Origin: Vairimorpha necatrix
Lineage: Eukaryota
NCBI GenBank assembly: GCA_036630325.1
Contig: CP142731.1
Coordinates: 310,001-374,000 of the forward strand
Direction of reading: 5' to 3'
DNA length: 64,000 bases
A program made the translations under genes and the position numbers. The notes below the pieces were generated by a model. That model made no database searches. It saw only the letters and a program-made list of their open reading frames with translations, and had not been told where the DNA came from. This document shows, in pieces, positions 1-10,846 of the stretch; within the stretch, counting starts at the first letter, position 1; every line of letters starts with the position of its first letter.

Positions 1-1743
1 CATCAAATGAAATTTCCTTCCTCTCAAATCACTTTCAAACTTCTTTATTCCAAAAAACACCGCCAACATCTCCTTCTCACTTATCGTATATCTTCGCTCG
101 GTAGGAGTCAACATTTTCGATGCCCATTGTATCGGAATCCACTCACCCTCTTTATTTTCTTGTAATAGAATTGCTCCGATCCCCGTATCACACGCATCAG
201 TTCTTACTCTAAATAGCTTTTTTCCGTCCGGAATCTTCAACTTTTTCATATCTCTCAAGCCTTGCTTCATATCCTCAAAAGCTCTTTCCATATCCTCCGT
301 CCAATTCCACTTAACATCTTTCTTTAAAGCCTCAGTAAGCCTTACTGTTCTATACGCATAGTTGGGAATAAAGTCTCTAAACCAACCAGTTAGTCCTAAA
401 AATCTTCTTAACTCTCTAACATTCTCAGGTTTTCTATATTCCAATGTCTCCTGCTTTTTAATCTCATTCGGTCCCATGACCTCCCCATTAATTGTTACTC
501 CCAGCAACATCACCTCATCTTTTTTGTATTGTATCTTTGTTTGGTTTATTCTCAACCCACACTCTTTAAACTTTTTAATTACCCTCTCTAGTAACTCGTC
601 ATGCACTCTTACGTCTTTACCATGAATAACTATATCATCCATATATACTTCCACGCCTTTACCTCTGAATTCATCTAAAACTCTGTTCATTACTCTCTGC
701 ATTATATGAGGCGAATTCTTAAACCCCATAACCATACTATTCCATTCGTATACTCGACCATTCACTTCAAATGCTGTTTTGTGCTTATGGTGCTCCTCAA
801 TCTCAATATGATAAAACCCTTCTTTTAAGTCGATAACCGTAAATACTTTTGACCCCTGTGTGGCTCTCATAATATCCTTAATTAACGGTAGTGAGTACGG
901 GTCCTTGTCAACCAAATCGTTTAACGCCATCAAATTGCTTACCAATCTTACGTCCCCATTTGGGTTTTCAAGTGCTCTTATTGGACTCCTCCACTCACTT
1001 TTGGAACGTCTTATAACCCCTCTATTTTCCAACTTATTCAAGTACTCCTCAAATTTCACCCTAAGGTAGTATGGCACATTCTGCCCTCTTTTCACAACCT
1101 TTTCACCTTGCTTAGTATTTATTGGACACTTCTCTCCTGTGAGATATTTTATCTTTTCTTCTGATTCTTTAAAAACTTCCGGATACTTTTCAATTAAATT
1201 TTCTAACTTATTTACTGTTTTACATCTTTTCCCTTCATTGTTGATAATTGGTTCTTTCTGTAAAACTTGTTCCTTTTTAATTTTATATTTTTCCCTACCA
1301 GCTACACTTTCATGACATTCTCTAGCGTAATGCCCTTCTTTCTTACATATAAAACATTTTGTAGTTTCTCTGATTTCTCTTCTTTTCCTATACATCCTAA
1401 GATTTTCTTTTCTTTCTTCCCTAAACTCTTTCAACACTTTATCCATAATCTCTTTAATCATTTCTTGTCTTTCTTCTGACTCTCTCTCAAATTCTGCTCC
1501 TTTTTGTAAGCCTTTATAAATTTCCTCCCAACTGCTCCTTCCGTCACAAAAATTTTCAAAAATATAATCCTGCAAGTTCGCAGATGCCAAATCCATAACA
1601 TCTTTCCACTCAACTTTCTCAACTTTCAATATTAACTTTAGTCTCTTATCTATCCTAATTGCCTCTTTCTCTAATGTTCTAGCCTCTTGACTACGGGACT
1701 CTCTTGTTTCCCTGTTCATCCTTGTGTTCGCCATGTTAACCAT
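1..1743 (-). CDS. Ty3/gypsy-type retrotransposon Gag-Pol ORF (short Gag with CCHC knuckle, RT, RNase H); runs off the window
   Basis: Manual translation gives one open frame from ATG 1743/1734 to base 1. It contains CFICKKEGHYAREC (1356-1315), SEWRSPIR, IDLKEGFYH, MGFKNSP, VYMDDI (~645-634), RTDACDTGIGAIL and YTISEKEMLAV. It is missing from the ORF track, presumably because no stop lies within the window. Confidence 0.93.
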   Translation of the reverse strand, partial: MVNMANTRMNRETRESRSQEARTLEKEAIRIDKRLKLILKVEKVEWKDVMDLASANLQDYIFENFCDGRSSWEEIYKGLQKGAEFERESEERQEMIKEIMDKVLKEFREERKENLRMYRKRREIRETTKCFICKKEGHYARECHESVAGREKYKIKKEQVLQKEPIINNEGKRCKTVNKLENLIEKYPEVFKESEEKIKYLTGEKCPINTKQGEKVVKRGQNVPYYLRVKFEEYLNKLENRGVIRRSKSEWRSPIRALENPNGDVRLVSNLMALNDLVDKDPYSLPLIKDIMRATQGSKVFTVIDLKEGFYHIEIEEHHKHKTAFEVNGRVYEWNSMVMGFKNSPHIMQRVMNRVLDEFRGKGVEVYMDDIVIHGKDVRVHDELLERVIKKFKECGLRINQTKIQYKKDEVMLLGVTINGEVMGPNEIKKQETLEYRKPENVRELRRFLGLTGWFRDFIPNYAYRTVRLTEALKKDVKWNWTEDMERAFEDMKQGLRDMKKLKIPDGKKLFRVRTDACDTGIGAILLQENKEGEWIPIQWASKMLTPTERRYTISEKEMLAVFFGIKKFESDLRGRKFHLM

Positions 1744-1771
1744 TTATTTATTAAGGGTTCTAAACCCTACA
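1734..1771 (-). repeat. Candidate miniature 5' LTR (38 bp, TGT...ACA) followed directly by a PBS-like TGGCGAACAC
   Basis: Minus strand reads TGTAGGGTTTAGAACCCTTAATAAATAAATGGTTAACA|TGGCG. The 3' LTR lies outside the window, so this cannot be confirmed. Confidence 0.4.
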
Positions 1772-1849
1772 TAAAATAAAAAATTCATAATTTTTTTTCT
1801 ATATATTACTATTAATACATATTCTAAAATTTATTTAACTAAAAAAGTA

Positions 1850-1967
1850 ATTACGGCCATATCTACTGTAAAGCACCGGAACTCGTCAGCTCTCCGAAGT
1901 TAAGCCAGTAAGAGCCCCGTGAGTACTGAGATGGGAGACCGCTCGGAAAAGCAGGGTGCTGTAATTT
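1850..1967 (+). rRNA. 5S rRNA: 5S rRNA
   Basis: ATTACGGCCATATCTAC...GAAGTTAAGC...AGTACT..GATGGGAGACC...GTGCTGTAAT followed by a T-run. The 5' and 3' ends are complementary, and it is near-identical to the copy at 7841. Confidence 0.95.
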
Positions 1968-2159
1968 TATTAAAAAATGAAATCTTAAAAACAATTGTTA
2001 TTTGTTTCAAAACAACACTAATTACTGTCATATTTCTAATTTACTAAAGCGCAAAAGATAAATAAAGGTTCTTTTTCTATTTTTATTAATCATAAAAATA
2101 ATTTTCTAAAGTTGAGAAACAGAAAGTTAAAGCCAAATATTTACAACTGCCAAAAAAAT

Positions 2160-2300
2160 CCGAGGGCAATTAGGAACTCGCATTTAGAAAATGCTCACAT
2201 GGAAAATTTATATGCCCCCATATAAAAAAATAAAATTGGTAAGAACAAATTTTGTTGAAACAGATGTGATTTTTGATAGTTATAATAATGTGGTATTATT
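2160..2300 (+). mobile_element. Small Merlin (ISXO2-like) transposon relic
   Basis: aattggtaagaacaaa.tttgtt resembles 36276-36300, which lies in a Merlin relic (degenerate IG.NK.VE.DE region). Confidence 0.35.
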
Positions 2301-2412
2301 TACCACATTATTTTTTTTATTTTATTTTCCCTCCGAATGAATTTTCTAGAAAATATTTTGCCATAAATATTTTCTTTTTATTTAACCGTTGTATTATTTT
2401 ATAGCGAGAAGA

Positions 2413-3430
2413 ATGGACACTAACTACAACAACAGCTTCAACGGGAAGGCCTCTTTGCCTTTCTCTCACAGAAGTAACCAAACTAGCCTACAGGGGAGTA
2501 ACAATAATAAAATTTAAGTGAAAATACTTATAGTAATATTGCAGGGAGAAGCATCCCGGTATGCTATTTACAAACAGGTCGTTTCCCTGGGTAAACACCA
2601 CAATAACTTAAAATTTTAATTTAGAAACTTTAACACTGTAGCTTAAAGTAGGTAACACGAATACTAGGACAGAAAGTAAGTTATATGTCTTACAAGACCG
2701 AAATATATTTAATGGGTCGATTGGAAATTGCCCCCATTGCAATAAATCAGCAAAGACCGTGGATCATCTATCGACAAGGTGCGAAAAAAATGCATAAACA
2801 CGACTATATGAGAAGGCACAATGAAATTGTTAAATGCATCCATTTTCTACTGTGTGAACAATATAAAGTGCAGCCTAAGAAGAGATTAAGAAACCACTCA
2901 GTACAACAGATAGTTGCCAACAAAGATGTGGAAATAAGAATAGACACGACGGTTAAAATAGAATTAATGATCAAATATAATAAACCGGACATCGTCTTAG
3001 TAGATAAAAAGAACAAATTTGATCAGAATAATCGAAATAGATGTCACATCACAAGAGAAATTACAGCAAGTAGAAAACGATAAGTTAAGAAAGTATGATG
3101 TCCTCGAGAACGAACTGGGCCTAATATATGGGTTTAAAACAGAAATAATTCCATACGTAATCACTTGGGACGGTATAGTGACTAAGTTTCAAAAATCTTG
3201 TGCCACAAGACTTGAAATTTCTAATAAGGTAAAGCGTACATCAAGATGAACACGCTAAAGAAGACGCTAGAGAGCATTCCTCCGGACTACCGAAGGAGAG
3301 TAGACGAAGCCGACGTGGAAAGAACTATGGAGACGAGAAGCCACCTACAAACAGGAGACGCCAACGCGGAACCTATCCTTGTTAAACTAAAAGTATTAAT
3401 TACAATAAGCATACCCTAATTAAATTTATT
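2413..3430 (+). mobile_element. Defective non-LTR retrotransposon with restriction-like endonuclease domain (R2/R4/NeSL-type C-terminus)
   Basis: Frameshifted ORFs 2685-3083 and 3019-3249 carry HDYMRRHNEIVKCIH, IRIDT, YNKPDIVLVD, IIEIDVT, KLRKYD and IIPYVITWDG. The RT domain is absent. Confidence 0.85.
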
Positions 3431-4566
3431 TGTTAGAAAATTTAATAGTGTAAAATCAGGGTGTTCATTACTCGTCCTAAAGCTAGTAGAATTTTTATTC
3501 TTCTCCTTGAGGTACTAAAAGACAATGTATTACCCGATGTCTGGAGAATTAACCGAAAATCAACATATCAAACCAGCAATTTACCTAAAAATTAAAAATA
3601 TATTTATTTTTTATAGAATATCCATTTTATATAATTACTTTAACATTTTAATATGTATGGATTAAATAGATATTGTATATTAAAGCAGTTGAATATTATT
3701 AGAATGGATATCCCTATAAAAAGTAATATCATAATTTTGTCGGTGAATTGTTTTTCGGTGAATTCTCCTAGAACCGTATTACCCGGCCTATTGTAATCTT
3801 CAATAAATGAAAAGCATACGATGGCGAATTTAGATAAATAAGGACCGTGAATCCTCTTATAAACTTTGTACCCCAAATAATTCTAAAACATATCCCAACA
3901 AATTGAGGGGTTGGTCTCTTTTTATAGATAGATATTTGGTATAAACAAAGAATAAGGCTGAATGAACACTATGAGTAACCTTTACAGTTAATCTGCGTCA
4001 CTAATACCGAAAAATCAAAGTTTAAATCATTTTTTCTCTTTAATAGAAATAAAATTTTAAAGTATTTTTTGTAATTTTTCATTTTTTACACTCCTTTATT
4101 TTTTTAATGCAATTTTCTAAACGGATAGACACCGAAATTTGTTTAAATGTAATATTTGTAAAAAATAAGATTTATTCGAAACAGAAAAATAAAATATGAA
4201 AAGTATAGATTAAAAAAACCTTAACAATCTTTACCTTTACATATAGTTATTGAAGGATTTGTAGTACGTTGTTTGATTTTCTCTATTCTGTTGTTTGTTT
4301 TCTATATTCCGATGTTCTTTTTTAAAAAAAATATAAAATACCAAGAAAAAATTGAAAAAACTTACACCAGATCTTTGAGAAGCGGTCTTGACACTGTTAG
4401 AAAACGAAAACTTATTTCATAATTTTTTTTCAATGTAGTTCCTCGCACAAAGACCTTATCATAAAATAATAAAAACCACGAGCCAGTTATAAAAAAATAA
4501 ATGGTACGATCAAAGCAGCTACAACATCAAGATCCTTAAGTCAGAGAACTTAATAATTAAAATTTT

Positions 4567-5757
4567 GGGCAACGGTCTGAGACCGGACCTTCCCTATTTT
4601 TTACGTACTAAATCCGGCACAGCCCGTAAAGTGGGATAATATTTTTTACGAACAACATCCCAAGAGTCGAGATTTCGCGAATTTGTTTAAATTTCATTCG
4701 GATTCACATTTCTTGAGCTAGAACTTTTTTGTTTTTATGATGATTTTTTCAAAAATTTTCTACCATTATGGCATGTTGGAGCCTTTTGACAGTAGGTCAA
4801 AAATCCTCCAAGATCCACATGGGGCAATATGTTGGATAATGGATGAAAGTCCACTAAAAAACGCCATAGAATGTACGAATTGTCATGTTATAATGGTATT
4901 AACTCCTTACGATTCGTACAAAAACCGCCACCAGTTTAAGTTTAGAGGAAAAGCGGGATGTATCATTAATGGGAGTTTTTGGTAAAACTTCATTTTCTAA
5001 TCCCGTTACCTATACATAATTATATTCATATTCTGTATCCATCTACTGAAAAACAGTTTACACTAAACTTAAACAAAAATTCAAGCGTTTCAGTTTCCTG
5101 TGTCTTCAGGGTTAAAAAAAACATACAAAGCACTGAAATCGGAAAATATCAAGCACCAAAAATAAGGGATTTGAAGAAGTGACACAACCCGATGAAACAG
5201 AAATCGTAAAAAGGACATTTGTCAAATCACGTCGGAAAGATATGACACAGTCAACCCCCGTATATGGTTGGTGGTACAATAAACGAGCAACCGTTAGAAT
5301 TGAGAATCGAGATGTTATCTAACCGGACTATCCAGACGATGATTCAGTTTAATATAAAAAATACTTAAAAAACGTAACGATTTGCATAACTGATTGGCAC
5401 AAATCCTACCGCAGCAGTAGAATCCATCAACGGTGATCATCGCGTTGTAGTCCTCGATGTTGGTTTAAAAACGAAGCAGGAGAGGCCACAAATTTAATAG
5501 AGGGGGCCTGGTCATATCTTAAATGTGATAAAATAGCTAAAAAAGGGAATAAAGAAAGAGGGATCCAGATTTTTTGGAGGTATTTAAATGGAGAAGAAAG
5601 TGTGCAATATATAAAAATTTTAAGAGTTGCAGAAAGTTTTCATTTTAATTATCATAGTTTTCTTAGAATAAAATGCTTTTATTATTATTATTATTTCATT
5701 TCTCTCTAATGGCCAACCCTTAGAGAGAAAAAAGTCCGGGCTCAGACTGTTGCGCCC
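4567..5757 (+). mobile_element. Degenerate Merlin/IS1595-like DNA transposon
   Basis: Imperfect TIRs: GGGCAACGGTCTGAGACCGGAC versus the reverse complement of GTCCGGGCTCAGACTGTTGCGCCC. Broken frames encode a CxxC zinc finger, DETEIVKR, ITDWHKSY and TNLIEGAWSYLK. Confidence 0.8.
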
Positions 5758-7840
5758 AAAATACTTGTAAATGGGTATAACACGAAAAAAATTAACAAAA
5801 ATTCCTATAGAATAAAATTCTTAGGCAAGATTAATCAGCGCCCCATATATACATGCAATATATTTCTGCGCGTCCTATGTAAGGCACAATTTCCATGAAA
5901 ATCCGGCATCAATAACCCCTTGACGAGGCATTGTAGATATATCATATATCAATTTAGGCTATTAAGCAGTTTCAGGCAAACGAGCAGAAACCAAAGTTGC
6001 GAATGTGTTATATCAAAAAGCAGATAATTGTTTATTAAATGAGGATACCGTCATTTACTCTGAATTTTTTGCTAAATTTATTTAGAATAATTGCGGACAA
6101 TTCCGGGTGTATACCAAAAAAGTACTATTTACAGATTATTATAGATTCCACAATTCAAAAGTTTATTATAAACTCTGATAGTTAGGAATGAATTGTATAT
6201 TATTACATTCGTAATCGTCTCAAAAAAATACAGCAGTTGATTTTTTTTAATGATTAAAGCAAGCCTCACTTCTATTTATGATTCCTATACTATTAAAAAT
6301 GATCTTGTACGGATACTCGAAAACAATAGTAGTCTGGTATGTGAAAGATTTTTTGAGCACGTGGAAGAATGAATCAAAGTAAAGGAAGAAAAGTGTCTTT
6401 TTGTAATATTTAATTAAATTAAATTTAATTTTAAAGCACAAAATATTGCAGTAATTAATTTATAACAAATGTAAAATATAAAAATCAAACAACGATATAT
6501 AAAAAGCGAAAACCACGCAATAAAAAGAAATAAATAAATTAAATATTTTTATAAATATTGCGTTTTCCAAGGAAAGATCTTTATATTTGTTTTATATGTC
6601 TGATAAATGTATTTTTATCACAATTTAATGTCGCAGAATCTACTAAAAAAAATATTTGTTTCCAAACATTAATATGGATATTCCATTTATTTTTTAGTAG
6701 CGGGGAATTCCATTTCGGCCAATGGCATACGCTTTTTATTAAAGATTTTTTTGTTATTTTTATCATAAATTATATATAATTAATAGTGTAATTGAATTAT
6801 TTTTGTTGGAAATAGCAGATGAGTCTGGATGAAATTGCATATTTAAGAACTTTTTCTTTTATATTTAATTCTGAAACACTGATTAGTGATAGCCATGTTT
6901 GATTGGACCAGCTTGTGATGAAACAGTTTGATGTTTGATAAAGATCAATGATTGATACCTAGAGTTACAACAATTTTTTTAACTTAAGTACATCAACTGT
7001 TAGTCAGACAAATTCGTTTGGAATAAATATTGGGGGGTAAAATTTGTGGATTTGGTTTATTTTATTTTGCTATGACTAAAATGGTTTTTTGTTTCGAAAG
7101 ATAGATTTTGTTCTATTTTTAATTTATAAAAAAGTGGCCGACATTAGGGCGAACGGAAAAATTTTAAAAATGTTCCCGGCTGTCAACGTGTTAAAGAAAA
7201 CAACTACAAAGTAAAAATTATAATTTATAACAAATTTAACAATGTAATAAAGAGTTCAAATAAAAAAGATAAGTATTAAAAGGGCAAACCATAGAGGGTG
7301 TCTAATATTTGAACGGTTGAAAGGCTTGAATATAAGGGCTAAATATTTCAGGTAGATTTTCGTGGTGGGAAAACATTGAAATAACGTATTAAATGTGTAG
7401 ACGTTGTTTAGGTTGTTGCGAATTGTTAAAAATTTGTTTCTACAAAAAGAAGATTATAGTCATAAAACTGCGAGCAAAAAAATATTTTCGAACATAAACA
7501 AGATTAAATATTGATAATTTATCAAAAGAACACGATCTGCCTTAAAGAGTGCATGCCCGTTAGATCTAAAACAAAAAATACTAAAAAAAATAATCTGATA
7601 AAATACTTAATATAAAAAAACCATTTAGAATCTTATATAGTTGCTTTAGTATTGTACTTAACGCAACATGCACGTATAATACATTAATTAATTTTTTCTA
7701 CTTTAAATTTCTAAATTCCGATCTAACGATAAAAATTTTTACAATAATTGACTCGTTTTTTATCGCTATCAGCACTAAGATTTTAATGAATTTTTTTTTC
7801 ATACTTTTTGTTTACATATTATAGAATTACCTTTGTTTCA

Positions 7841-7958
7841 ATTACGGCCATATCTACTGTAAAGCACCGGAACTCGTCAGCTCTCCGAAGTTAAGCCAGT
7901 AAGAGCCCTGTGAGTACTGAGATGGGAGACCGCTCGGAAAAGCAGGGTGCTGTAATTT
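7841..7958 (+). rRNA. 5S rRNA: 5S rRNA (second dispersed copy)
   Basis: Identical to 1850-1967 except T7909 versus C1918. Flanks are unrelated. Confidence 0.95.
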
Positions 7959-8657
7959 TATTGAATGCGGTTTTTTGAATAACTTTCGATATGTACATAA
8001 ACAAAAAAATATACGAGTCAAATTTTATAAGTTTAGAAGAAAGATGAACCAAAGAAGCAATTGAAGAAATCAAATAATTTTTTGTTAGCAGTAGGCAAAG
8101 AAAAAGAAGGGCGAGGGTAAGATAACATTACCCACTCTCCCCAGGTATATGATTCCCGTGACCACTTAAAAGTACTGAAGCTAGCGAAGAAAATTGAGGC
8201 TAAAAAGTTTTTATCGCTCTTTAAATGATTTATTATAATATCAGGAGGAAGGTAAGAAAATACAACTTAGTTTTATTTAAAAAAATCGGTTTAGTAATCG
8301 TCTGTTAGTATATAAGCAAGGCAAAAAAAACATTCACTAGTAAATAAAGTCAAAATAAAACAAAATATGAAACGGATACTACTAAAAGAAAAAAGATTGT
8401 ATATACATAAAAAACGAAGGTATTTTTTAATTGAATTTATTCTAAAAGCATAAATATTGATGCCGAAAAAATTTATCTGTTATTAAACAAATGTAAAGAT
8501 CGGGTAGAAATAAAATTAAGATGTCTTCTAAGAAGTTTGATTTATTCTAATTTGTAAACACATTAAAGGACTAGGAAATCTTGTCATATTCCCCATGTAC
8601 ACTGTCAGATATAGAGTGCATACTGTTAGTGCAGCAAATTCAATATCAAGAAATTTC

Positions 8658-9080
8658 TTTTTTTTGCATTTAAGAGGTAGGGAGAACCCTTACATGTGGA
8701 CTAGGGGATTTGTGTGTGATCCTTATCAAATTGGCACTGTAAAATTCTTACTCACCAAAACACCCTCCATATAACTTGTCGATCAGAAATCTCCTTTGTT
8801 TCCATTAGATTTTGGCACCAGAATGAATTTTTTAACACCTATACCAAAAATTGCGTCCAGAAGATCTCACGGCGAATATACTTAACGGACAGGGGTTAAT
8901 AACCCGAGGAGAGACATCACAGTACTAGCTTAAAAATTCCTACAATTATCTGTATCGCAAGACAGCTCCTTACACCACTACATTCCCATCTCGGCATTTT
9001 ATTGGACTAAATTGATGTCTAGCCAACTACGAGTTTCGACCACCGTGTTTTAGAATCTGAAAAAGGGTCCACGAACCTCA
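8658..9080 (-). mobile_element. 5'-truncated, diverged copy of the tRNA-headed SINE at 37016-37965
   Basis: Colinear similarity with 37031-37445 (taagaggtagggagaa.ccttacat, cgcgtccaga, atatacttaacgg, taacccgaggaga, ctccttacac). The T-run at 8658-8665 is the A-tail. Confidence 0.8.
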
Positions 9081-10043
9081 TATTATTTTATTTTGGTTAT
9101 TCAGGAAATGGCAATAAAAATAGCAAGCTCTCGAAAAGAAAGCTCCTTATTGAATGCCAAATTACTTTATTATAAACGTTAAAACATGCGTTAAATTCTC
9201 AAATAAAGTTGGATTAAGACACGAATTTAATGCTTTAACTTAACACGCTCGAAATCTAGAGATGCTATTTCTGGGCTTTTGAGTTCTTTGAAAAAAAAAG
9301 CTATGTTTTTAAGCAAGCTAAAGCCCACTAAGCGACTCAAAAAGTATAATCAGAAAATCAAAAGTTTGACCTTAGTTTACTAATTTGGCGTAAAATTCAT
9401 TATGGTGAAATATTTCCCAAATAATGCAAAAATGATATCTGTTCACGCCGGTCTATCTGTTAAACTAACCAAAACAACAAAGTTTGCAATAATTTCGACA
9501 ATATTTCTATACGTCTATATGAGTCAAGGGCGAACATTTTCCAACGCGTTAAAAAATAAAAATATTAATAAATTTAGTCTGCACTAGAAATCTGCGGGTA
9601 ACAAATATTCTCCAATTTCTTTATTAAGTAAAACATGAGCATACATCTATTTGTTTACAATATTGCTTAGCAAATATTTTTAAATGAGAAAGACCCGTTG
9701 GATGGCTTCCAATGTATCTCCTATTTATAATACCCAAAGTTAACCTAAATAGTGGTTAAATTTCGGCACATGCCTGTATGTCAAATAACTATAAGCTACG
9801 TCTAAATATGAGCGGGTGCATGCAATCTATTGAAAAAGTAAAGGACTTTATTAATAATCCAGCTAAAAATATTTGGACAAGTTCAAGTAGAAAAATAACA
9901 TAAAATTACTTTATTGGGGTATAATATTATATCTTACTTACTAATTACCTTTCAAATCTATACTCACAATTTCTTCTTAAGATCCCAGAGTTCCTCCTGA
10001 AATTTACACATTGGGTCCCTAAATACCCCTTCCTGTTCATTAT

Positions 10044-10392
10044 TGTCATGTATCCGGGGTACATGGCCATTTTTATAATATCTCTCTAAATAGTTTTTAA
10101 TGTAAATATGTTTATTGATGGTTTTAGTCTCTCTCTCGGATTCTATATATTCCATACCCTTCACAGACAGACTTTCTTTTATAGTTTATTTTTAATTTAA
10201 AGATTCTTGTCAACACTAAACTACAAACATTGGCGTACTTACGAATGTAGTAACGACCATGCAACTTTCGTTTGTTTGTTTGTTTGTGTGACTCATCTTG
10301 ACATGTAACTTGAAATGCTTGACATGTCTTTGGACATCAGTGACAGTGACATATTTGACATCTGTTCATGTGATGTAGCAATGTACATCACA
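10044..10392. mobile_element. Solo LTR (349 bp) with 5-bp target-site duplication
   Basis: Starts TGTCATGTA and ends TACATCACA (8/9 inverted match). Flanked by ATTAT at 10039-10043 and 10393-10397. Removing it restores the sequence seen at 50335-50350. Confidence 0.85.
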
Positions 10393-10846
10393 ATTATCAA
10401 GCCCATATCCGATTGACATAGTTAGGCTTTCTAAAGTCATTTTAAGGACTCTGTCTTTTTATATACTTTCATTCTAATTGGATCTTTTTTATATGCGAGC
10501 GGCGGAATTTAGTTTCTATTCCATCCCAAGTCATTACGTAATAATAAATTCAGTTTGAATTTGTAGAAAGAAGTTACATGATTTGCAAGCAAGTCGTATT
10601 ATGTTTATTTATTGTTTCTACCACATGAAGGTTGTTAAAGCTTTTGATTCCAACTTCAACAACGATCACTTCTTTCCTCAACTTGTCCACATTTAGTATA
10701 TCAGGCTTGTTATACTTTATTTTGATACTTGAGTGTATCCTATTGTCAAATCTTATCTCAACATACTCATTAACTACACATTTCTGGAATGAATGATTTC
10801 TAATTCTTTACGCATGGGATAATCCATACGTCTTACATAACTGCTG

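Noticed and set aside
362-1479. Plus-strand ORFs 362-625, 860-1069 and 1267-1479
   Set aside because: Antisense shadows of the gypsy Gag-Pol ORF.
3640-6200. Possible minus-strand membrane-transporter (ABCG-like) pseudogene split by the Merlin element
   Set aside because: Only hydrophobic stop-ridden fragments with no diagnostic motif. Needs tBLASTx.
6800-7194. Possible piggyBac relic (KF.GI-like remnant, end at GTCAACGTGTTAA); similar ends at 51250-51735
   Set aside because: Too decayed, and no matching TIR pair could be established.
9964-10164. 66-aa minus-strand ORF
   Set aside because: Chimeric read-through from the solo LTR into the LINE C-terminus.
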